DNA of 64,000 nt from Nanobdellati archaeon (GTDB taxonomy: Archaea; Nanobdellota; Nanobdellia; CSSed11-243R1), in assembly GCA_027007025.1 (NCBI GenBank), contig JALTFL010000002.1, positions 100,006 through 164,005 on the forward strand. The letters run 5' to 3'. Shown here in pieces: positions 56,771 through 64,000 of the stretch. Position numbers and translations under genes: made by a program. The notes beneath the pieces are model-generated. The model was not told the DNA's origin. It ran no database searches and worked only from the letters and a program-made list of their open reading frames with translations. Position 1 is the first letter of the stretch, and the number at the start of each line of letters is the position of its first letter.

Positions 56771-56801
56771 TATTCTTTCACATGAAATTTTAGTATAAAA
56801 A

Positions 56802-56838
56802 TGTTTCTATTTTGGAACGCTGTTTCAAATGTGAAACA
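56802..56838. promoter_or_regulatory. Tandem inverted-repeat operators between the divergent HTH and nitroreductase genes
   Basis: TGTTTC-N6-GAAACA (56821-56838) and imperfect TGTTTC-N6-GGAACG (56802-56819). Confidence 0.55.
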
Positions 56839-56876
56839 CCTAATATTTTATATTTGAGTGTTATCTTCTATTTTGT

Positions 56877-57437
56877 ATGGATGTTTTTGAGGCAATATTT
56901 GATAGGAGAAGCGTAAGGAGATTTATAACAAAACCTGTTGAGGAAAATAAGGTTGCAAAGATATTGGACGCCGCGAGGTGGGCACCTTCAATAGGAAATC
57001 TTCAGGAATGGGAATTCATAGTTGTTAGGGATCCAGGAAGAAAGCTCCAGCTTTCAGAAGCTGCAGTTGGACAATATTGGATTGCACAGTCATCAGTTAT
57101 AATTATTGTTCTCACTAAGAACGACAGGATAACCCGCGCATATGGGCGAAAAGGGCAGGATTTCTACGTTAAATACGATGCAGCTGCAGCGATTCAAAAT
57201 ATGCTTCTTGCGGCACACTCTTTGGGATTAGGTGCATGCTGGGTTTCGGTTTTTGATGAAATTGCAGTTAAAAGAATTTTAAAAGTGCCAACAAATAATA
57301 TTGATGTTCACGCTTTGATACCTTTAGGCTATCCAGCAGAAAAACCATCGCCACCTCATAGGCTTGGATTAGAAGGTATAACTTTTTTTGAGGAGTATGG
57401 GCAGAGATGGGTGAAAGACACGCCTAAGTTTTTGTAA
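56877..57437 (+). CDS. Nitroreductase family protein
   Basis: RRSVR, WAPS.GNLQ.W, QNMLLAAHSLGLGACW, LGYP. Confidence 0.95.
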   Translation: MDVFEAIFDRRSVRRFITKPVEENKVAKILDAARWAPSIGNLQEWEFIVVRDPGRKLQLSEAAVGQYWIAQSSVIIIVLTKNDRITRAYGRKGQDFYVKYDAAAAIQNMLLAAHSLGLGACWVSVFDEIAVKRILKVPTNNIDVHALIPLGYPAEKPSPPHRLGLEGITFFEEYGQRWVKDTPKFL

Positions 57438-57778
57438 TAACTGTTTAATAGTTAAAAAAGCATATTTCTTTCTTTTTTCCATGAGAAATGCCCGTTTATA
57501 TGTTTAAATGTATTAAACTCAATATATAACCCTAATTATTGAAAAGTATTTAAATAAAGACACATTAGAATAATTTAATTGAAGTTTCCACGAGCTTTGA
57601 ATCGAATTCTACCAGCTTGAGCTTTGAATGTTTAAAAGCCAACACCACGATTTCTGTTAGCTTCTTAATACCCATATAGATATTGGATATATAAAAACTT
57701 TTCGGTTGGCGCATAAATTGGCTCGCCGGCCTTAAGACGACGGGTAAACGGTAAAACAAAAAAGAGGAGGAGAGAAAA

Positions 57779-58858
57779 ATGAGTTTTATCATACAGGACG
57801 CTTTGAAGGCGGCTAAAGAACAAGAAGCAAAATGGAATGAAAGCTTTGTTGGTAAGGCCAACATAAAAGTAATTGGTGTAGGTGGAGCTGGAAACAATAT
57901 GGGGGACTGGTTGTACCATAAGGGAGTAAAGGGTGCTGAGATTATATTAGCAAATACTGATAAAGCACACCTTGATGCAAGAGAGGCAGACAAGAAAATT
58001 TTGATTGGAAAAGAATCCACAAGAGGACTTGGAGCAGGCGGATATCTTGAAGTGGGTGAGCAGGCTGCAAAAGAATCCCTTCCAGAATTGAAGGAAGCAT
58101 TGAAGAATTCAGACATGGTTTTCGTATGCGCAGGTATGGGTGGTGGAACAGGAACAGGAGCAGCACCCATTACGGCTCAAGTCGCAAAAGAGCAGGGCGC
58201 AATAGTTATAGGAACAGTTACAATGCCTTTCAAGATTGAAAAGGCAAGAATCGAAAAGGCAGAAGAAGGACTAAAGAAGTTGAGAAAGAACTGTGACACA
58301 GTCATAGTAATTGACAACAACAGGTTGATTGAGATTGCAGGACAGTTGCCAATCAGCCAGGCGTTCGGTGTCGCAAACGAGCTTGTCGCAACAATGATTA
58401 AGGGAATTGTAGAAATGATTACAGTTCCATCCCTTGTAAACAGGGACTTCGCAGACATAAAATCTGTCATGACAGGCGGAGGCGTAGCAGTAATTGGTGT
58501 CGGCGAATCTGACACAGAAAACAGGGTAGACGAGTCAGTTAAGAGAGCATTGTTGAACCCGTTGCTTGACGTAAGCTATGAAGGTGCACAAGGTGCATTG
58601 ATACACATAACAGGCGGACCTGACATGACACTTGAAGAAGTAAACAGAGCAGGGGAAATGGTTACAGCAAGCTTGGACCCAGATGCAATGGTCACATGGG
58701 GAGCAAGAGTACAGGACAACATGACAGGAAAGATGAGAATAATGACAATAATAACAGGCGTCAACTCACCATATATCCTTGGGCCATCAACATCAAGGAA
58801 GGCGGCAGAAAAGGCGCAAAGAGTGTCAAGCGAATTAGGAATAGACATTTTGAGGTGA
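57779..58858 (+). CDS. ftsZ: Cell division protein FtsZ
   Basis: GVGGAGNN, NTD, GMGGGTGTG, IDNN, NRDFAD. Confidence 0.97.
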   Translation: MSFIIQDALKAAKEQEAKWNESFVGKANIKVIGVGGAGNNMGDWLYHKGVKGAEIILANTDKAHLDAREADKKILIGKESTRGLGAGGYLEVGEQAAKESLPELKEALKNSDMVFVCAGMGGGTGTGAAPITAQVAKEQGAIVIGTVTMPFKIEKARIEKAEEGLKKLRKNCDTVIVIDNNRLIEIAGQLPISQAFGVANELVATMIKGIVEMITVPSLVNRDFADIKSVMTGGGVAVIGVGESDTENRVDESVKRALLNPLLDVSYEGAQGALIHITGGPDMTLEEVNRAGEMVTASLDPDAMVTWGARVQDNMTGKMRIMTIITGVNSPYILGPSTSRKAAEKAQRVSSELGIDILR

Positions 58859-58885
58859 TTTCACCTCTTTTTTATTATTTATTCA

Positions 58886-59048
58886 TGCTAAGCGAGCGCA
58901 CCCGAGGCAGGTCCTTCCTCCCCCAGGAAGGACTGCCCTCCCCTTACAATTGGGGAAGGGATATCATACTCTCATCCTAGAGAGCACCCCTTTGCCCTTT
59001 GGCCCGGCATAGACTATTTCTCACCCCAGATCGGCCGGGCAGGGCACC
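58886..59048 (-). ncRNA. Unassigned GC-rich multi-hairpin RNA candidate
   Basis: 96/160 G+C (58891-59050) in an AT-rich intergenic setting; four hairpins; G-U pairs favour the minus strand. Confidence 0.6.
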
Positions 59049-59050
59049 TT

Positions 59051-60148
59051 TTAAATTATTTTTAGAACATCGCTTTTGGTTATGTAACCTGGAAGCTTGT
59101 GCAATTTGCCTACGCGCATTCTCTTCCTCATTGGGTCCAATCCATAATCTACTTTGTCATATCTCTCTAAAATTTCATTGTAGGGTGTGTCGTCAACATA
59201 CCTAACTTCTAGCACGTTGACAGTTCCCCTCTCGAAATCGGGAATTAATCTCACATCCTTGTTTTTGTCAATGTTGAAGTTCCAGTAGCACTTGCCGTCA
59301 AACTCCCTTGCAATCCCTGTCCTCTCAGCTCCCTCGTCTATGAGGTGTTGCCTTACTATGCTCATTTTCGAGCCAATACTTCCAGGATAATTCTCGCAGT
59401 TTTTCGAACAGTTAAATGTCGCGATGCCGTTCTTGATTTCCCTTTTGAATTCCGGTGAAATTATATCTTCCCTCAAAAGCTCGACATCCAAGTCATACAT
59501 CTTCCTGCCTTCTATATATCTTCCTTCCAGTTCCTTGACAATTAAATCTGGGCGTTCGTGAAGAGTATATGGGATAACCGGCTCGCCGTCGAGCATGGGC
59601 TTGCAATGGGTTACAACTTCCTCAAGGGATGGAATAACCTCCCGTAATGGATACGCCATAATCATCGCGGATATGTGCGCGCACGCCATTCTTGGATTAT
59701 TGAATTCGTCCGAACCTGAGTGATATGTGTAATCCTTGCAGCTGCAGGTAACATCAAATGTGTTTAATATATCCCCATTTATTTTTGGGATTCCCTTTAA
59801 CATTACGGTGTGGGCGACGATTCTGTTTCCATTTTCATCACTTCTTCCGCCATGCCCCCTGGATTTTACAGTCCCGTAGCCGACGGTGCCCCCTTCGGAA
59901 GCGCCGAGCAACCCCTCCCGGTTGATTAAGTTCTTGCTTCCTTTCTTTTTCATGACTGCCTTTTCAAGCTCAGAGAAAGGATAATTCGAGAAGTTGTTCC
60001 ACTCCGCTTCCAAGATATCTCTTGGCAGAATCATGGCTATACCCTCTGCCGTTCTTGATGGTGTGAAGAAAATTTTTCTTTGTCCATAATTAAGAGTTAT
60101 ACCATACCCGTCCGGAATTAAGCCCATTATCTTTGTATTTTTTGGCAT
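59051..60148 (-). CDS. SWIM zinc-finger-containing hypothetical protein
   Basis: VTCSC-x18-CAH motif; start at ATG 60148 after a GGTGA SD. Confidence 0.7.
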   Translation of the reverse strand: MPKNTKIMGLIPDGYGITLNYGQRKIFFTPSRTAEGIAMILPRDILEAEWNNFSNYPFSELEKAVMKKKGSKNLINREGLLGASEGGTVGYGTVKSRGHGGRSDENGNRIVAHTVMLKGIPKINGDILNTFDVTCSCKDYTYHSGSDEFNNPRMACAHISAMIMAYPLREVIPSLEEVVTHCKPMLDGEPVIPYTLHERPDLIVKELEGRYIEGRKMYDLDVELLREDIISPEFKREIKNGIATFNCSKNCENYPGSIGSKMSIVRQHLIDEGAERTGIAREFDGKCYWNFNIDKNKDVRLIPDFERGTVNVLEVRYVDDTPYNEILERYDKVDYGLDPMRKRMRVGKLHKLPGYITKSDVLKII

Positions 60149-60319
60149 TTCTATCACCACTTTTAAGTAAGATATTTTATATGTGTAAATATTATATCTT
60201 TTGTGATACACCGAAATATTTATAAATAGTTATTACTATAAAGTAGTCAAAATAAACACAATTGGGAGCAATGTTTATAAACACAATCAATTATACTCTC
60301 AATTCCGCGAGGTGAAAAG

Positions 60320-60583
60320 ATGATTAGTAGATTTGGAAAATATCCACTGGGGGAATCTGAACAGTACACTCCTTTAGCTAGAGATGATAAACATATAACT
60401 TCAACAGGCATAGGTTCTGTTTCGTTTAAGGTAGCGAGAGGGGAATCGCCAATTGAAAAGATTGCGAAAGGTGATATTGATATGCCTGAAACAGGAGCAA
60501 GGTTGGGTAATTATACACCATTTGGTTACATTCGCGCGATGTTAAGGGATATAAAACAAAATCACAAACAATATAGGTTGTAA
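60320..60583 (+). CDS. Small hypothetical protein
   Basis: GAGGTGA SD, upstream TTTATAAA, downstream T-tract. Confidence 0.65.
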   Translation: MISRFGKYPLGESEQYTPLARDDKHITSTGIGSVSFKVARGESPIEKIAKGDIDMPETGARLGNYTPFGYIRAMLRDIKQNHKQYRL

Positions 60584-60652
60584 TTCTTCTTTTTTTTGTT
60601 GAGTTTGTTGCTCAAAAGAAACTTAATAAACAAAACATTCTTTTAATTTAAC

Positions 60653-61912
60653 ATGGCTAAGGCAGGAGATTTAGTAGAAATTATCACCAAGGTAAAAAAA
60701 TACAAGGGTATCCTTATGCCTGAGCCGAAAATTCTGAAGAGCAAGACGATAGTCATAAAGCTGGACTCAGGATACAACATTGGCATTGAAAAAAAGAAAG
60801 TAAAGAAAATAAAGCTTCTCAAGAAAGCCAAACCGAAAAAGGAAAAAAGGAAAAAAATCAGGCAAAACAAAAAACTGCCAACTGTTTCAATTCTTTCTAC
60901 AGGCGGAACGATTTCCTCGAGAGTAGATTACACTACTGGGGGAACTTACGCGTCATTGACGGCAGACGATTTCATCGAAATGGAGCCTAAGCTCTTGAAG
61001 TTCGCGGACGTTCGCGCCAAGCAGATTCTCCAGATTATGAGCGAGGATGTCCACCCTGATGACTGGATAAAAATTGCCAAGGCTGTAAAGAAAGAACTTG
61101 ACAAAAAAGAAGTCGCGGGAGTAGTGATTACTCACGGAACAGACACTCTTCATTACACCGCTGCCATGCTCTCGTTTATGTTCCCGAAGCTTTCAAAGCC
61201 CGTTGTTTTGGTTGGCGCGCAGCGCTCAACGGATAGGGGGAGCAGCGACACGTTCATGAACCTAATCTGTGCGACAATATCCGCAACCCAGAAAATCGGG
61301 GAGGTCATGGTTTGCATGCATGCCAATCCCGACGACAACTTCTGCTATCTCCATAGAGCCGTGAAAGTCAGAAAGATGCACACCAGCAGAAGAGACGCGT
61401 TTCGTTCGATAAATCAATTTCCAATCGCAAAAGTTTTTCCCGATGGAAGAATTGAAAAGATTATACCTTCCAAATCTCCGGACGAGGAAACAGAGTTGAA
61501 TATTAAAATAGACAAGAAAGTCGCAATTGTTTATGTTTACCCCGGGATGAACCCAAAGATTTTAGAAAATTACTCGAAATATCATGGAATTGTTCTGATG
61601 GGTACCGGACTTGGACATGTTCCTCATAATTTAATTGCTAAAGTTAAGTCGTTGACTAAAAAGGGAATTCCTGTTTGCATAACCTCACAGTGCCTTTATG
61701 GAAGGACCCATGAGTTTGTGTATTCAAATTTGAGGAAGCTGAGGAACGCGGGAGCCATTTTCTGCGGAGATATGCTTCCAGAAACGGCTTACGTGAAACT
61801 TATGTATGTCTTGGGCAAGACAAAGAAAGTCGAGAAAGTCAGGGAAATGATGCAGACAAATCTTAAGGGAGAAATTAACGATGCTATAAGCGTCGAGATG
61901 TTTTTGAATTAG
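60653..61912 (+). CDS. gatD: Glu-tRNA(Gln) amidotransferase subunit D
   Basis: KLDSGYNIG, TGGTISSRVDY, HGTDT, RKMHTSRRDAF. Confidence 0.97.
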   Translation: MAKAGDLVEIITKVKKYKGILMPEPKILKSKTIVIKLDSGYNIGIEKKKVKKIKLLKKAKPKKEKRKKIRQNKKLPTVSILSTGGTISSRVDYTTGGTYASLTADDFIEMEPKLLKFADVRAKQILQIMSEDVHPDDWIKIAKAVKKELDKKEVAGVVITHGTDTLHYTAAMLSFMFPKLSKPVVLVGAQRSTDRGSSDTFMNLICATISATQKIGEVMVCMHANPDDNFCYLHRAVKVRKMHTSRRDAFRSINQFPIAKVFPDGRIEKIIPSKSPDEETELNIKIDKKVAIVYVYPGMNPKILENYSKYHGIVLMGTGLGHVPHNLIAKVKSLTKKGIPVCITSQCLYGRTHEFVYSNLRKLRNAGAIFCGDMLPETAYVKLMYVLGKTKKVEKVREMMQTNLKGEINDAISVEMFLN

Positions 61913-61921
61913 GTGATGAAA

Positions 61922-62296
61922 ATGACGCATTTGGTTGTTTATGTAATGAAAAAAGATGTGAAAGGCAAATCGATAGATGATATATTCTCGGATGAAATAT
62001 TATCCAAACTGCCGACTGAAGAGGAAGTTGAGCTGATTGACGAGCCAAATGGATACACTATGCAGGTAAATCTTGGATGGTTCCCTGATAGAAAAGAACT
62101 TCGTGTGGCGCTTGCGAATATAGACATAAATCTCAGCAGGGAAGGCATCGACAACTATATGTTATGGGTTGGCGTGAACACCCTAAATATGAGCGGGCTT
62201 TTCTATAAAGCGCTTAATGGTGAGGACGTCAATTCCAAGATTGAGAATGAGTTGGAAAGGGTATATTCAAATGAACTACAAAAAAGTAGGGCTTAA
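61922..62296 (+). CDS. Hypothetical protein inserted between gatD and gatE
   Basis: AGGTGA SD; overlaps the gatE start. Confidence 0.6.
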   Translation: MTHLVVYVMKKDVKGKSIDDIFSDEILSKLPTEEEVELIDEPNGYTMQVNLGWFPDRKELRVALANIDINLSREGIDNYMLWVGVNTLNMSGLFYKALNGEDVNSKIENELERVYSNELQKSRA

Positions 62297-64000
62297 GTGC
62301 GGGCTTGAAATTCATCAGCAGCTGGACACTCACAAACTTTTCTGTAGCTGTCCCTCTATCCTAAGAGATGACAAGCCCGACTTTGAGGTCAGAAGAAAAC
62401 TAAAGGCACTCGCGGGAGAAACTGGGAAGGTGGATGTGGCCGCTAAATCCGAGGAGCAAAGAGAAAAAATGTTTATATATCAGGGATACAATGACACAAC
62501 CTGCCTTGTGGAGCTTGACGAAGAGCCGCCGCACAAATTGAATGAAGAGGCGCTTAGAATCGCACTTCAGATTTCAATGCTTCTTAAGATGAATCCTTAT
62601 GATGAAGTCGAGATTATGAGGAAAACAGTCATAGACGGCTCGAATACTTCTGGCTTTCAGCGAACCGCTTTAGTTGCAGAGGATGGATATATAAAAACAA
62701 GCGAAGGAAAAGTCAGGGTTAACATGCTCGCTCTTGAAGAAGATTCTGCGAGAAGGATAAGCGAAACTCAAAATTCAGTTACTTTTCGACTTGACAGATT
62801 AGGAATTCCTCTTGTTGAATTAAGGACTGAGCCGGATATATTCACTCCTCAAATGGCAAAGGATGCTGCCGAAAGAATTGGCTTATTAATAAGGATGACC
62901 GGAAAAGTCAAAAGAGGAATAGGGACAATCCGCCAGGACGTAAATGTTTCCATAAAAGGAGGAACCCGCGTCGAAATAAAAGGCGTCCAAGCATTACAGG
63001 ACATTCCAAAGATGATTGACTTGGAAATCGAAAGACAACAAAATTTAATTGAGATTTCCAAAAAACTCAAGCAGCGCAAAGCAAAGTTAGAAAACAAGTT
63101 TCATGACATAAAGAAAATTTTCGAGAAGACGGAGTCAAATCTAATCAAGAAGGCAGTTGAAAGGGAAGATGATATAATTGCCGTAAAACTTTCAGGATTT
63201 CACGGCTTGCTCAAGAAAAGACTTCAGGGGGAAAAATATCTCGCCCGCGACATGGTTGAGTATGTAAAACATTTCACTGGTATTCGTGGATTCATACATT
63301 CCGATGAGCTTCCAAATTACGGGATTTCCGAGAACGAAATCTTTCAAGTCAGGAAATTGTTGGGATGTAGGAATGAGGACGCCTTCGCTTTTGTGATTGC
63401 TGAGAGGGAATTAGCTGAAAAAGCACTTTTCCACTTGATTGATAGATGTAAGCAATATATCAAGGGAGTCCCAAAAGATGTCAGGGATGTCAGCGAAGAC
63501 GGGACGACGAGATTCCTCCGCCCAATGCCCGGCGCCGCGAGGATGTATCCTGAAACAGATGAAATTCCTGTTCCAATTTCAAAAGATATGTTAAAGAGGA
63601 TAAAAGTTCCGGAAACGCCGGAGGAGAGGCTTAAGAAATTCAAGAAATGGAAACTTTCAGACGACTTGGCAAACCAAATACTTCACAGCCCAGAGTTGAT
63701 AACCTTTGAGGAGCTTGTTAAAAATTTCAAGAATGTTCATCCGACAATAATCGCGGCGACGCTTGTGTCTACAAAAGACGAAATACGAAAAAGATACGGG
63801 CTGGACACCTCTGCAATTGGGAAAAGACATTTCGAGGAAACTTTTGAATTATTAAATAAAGGAAAAATAGCGAAAGAGGCAATTGTTGAGATTATCGCGC
63901 ATTTGGCTTCAAGGCCGAAAATGACTGCTGAACAGGTTATGAAAAAGCTGAAGCTCCAGAAAATTTCTCTGCGCGAGTTAAGAAAAATAATTTCTAAAGT
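62271..64000 (+). CDS. gatE: Glu-tRNA(Gln) amidotransferase subunit E (runs off the window, not in the ORF track)
   Basis: MNYKKVGLKCGLEIHQQ, DGSNTSGFQRT, LDRLGIPLVE, GTIRQDVNVSI, RPMPGAARMYPETD. Confidence 0.97.
   Translation, partial: MNYKKVGLKCGLEIHQQLDTHKLFCSCPSILRDDKPDFEVRRKLKALAGETGKVDVAAKSEEQREKMFIYQGYNDTTCLVELDEEPPHKLNEEALRIALQISMLLKMNPYDEVEIMRKTVIDGSNTSGFQRTALVAEDGYIKTSEGKVRVNMLALEEDSARRISETQNSVTFRLDRLGIPLVELRTEPDIFTPQMAKDAAERIGLLIRMTGKVKRGIGTIRQDVNVSIKGGTRVEIKGVQALQDIPKMIDLEIERQQNLIEISKKLKQRKAKLENKFHDIKKIFEKTESNLIKKAVEREDDIIAVKLSGFHGLLKKRLQGEKYLARDMVEYVKHFTGIRGFIHSDELPNYGISENEIFQVRKLLGCRNEDAFAFVIAERELAEKALFHLIDRCKQYIKGVPKDVRDVSEDGTTRFLRPMPGAARMYPETDEIPVPISKDMLKRIKVPETPEERLKKFKKWKLSDDLANQILHSPELITFEELVKNFKNVHPTIIAATLVSTKDEIRKRYGLDTSAIGKRHFEETFELLNKGKIAKEAIVEIIAHLASRPKMTAEQVMKKLKLQKISLRELRKIISK

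Noticed and set aside
58886-59048. RNase P RNA or SRP RNA as the identity of the GC-rich island
   Set aside because: GCUCGCUUAGCAUGAAU loosely recalls the RNase P J15/2 region, but no P4 strands are visible; no SRP helix-8 CAGG/GNRA/AGCAG motif; shorter than expected for either.

Overview
Gene-dense archaeal chromosome segment. The inference that it comes from a small-genome DPANN-type lineage rests on the compact, translationally coupled informational operons and the near absence of biosynthetic genes. It carries the conserved rps6e-aIF2g-PIN-rpoE'-spt4-rps24e-rps27ae-kae1, rpl7ae-rps28e-rpl24e-(adk)-aIF5B and RNase P/proteasome/exosome-rpoK-eno-rps2 clusters. It also has GluRS, class I LysRS, GatDE, Elp3, TFE, FtsZ, an H+-PPase and an intron-containing tRNA-Gln. 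Notable accessory content: (1) a 1165-aa membrane-anchored polymorphic-toxin-like protein with an extracellular Trp/Tyr/Cys-rich half, one TM helix, a pre-toxin-like region and a PD-(D/E)xK nuclease, followed by an immunity-like gene; (2) a 7-gene operon of orphan proteins, several with C-terminal hydrophobic hairpins, divergent from an AbrB-PhoU regulator and next to a kinase; (3) a 19-bp motif (GTTACTACT-N4-AGTAAY-like) beside the TATA boxes of that operon, the kinase, two helical-repeat genes and a SWIM-gene locus, suggesting a regulon of orphan genes; (4) an unassigned ~160-nt GC-rich structured RNA downstream of the SWIM gene; (5) TFE with an H1-like Lys-rich extension, and two frameshifted P-loop kinase genes. 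All family calls are by-eye motif recognition; no searches were run.
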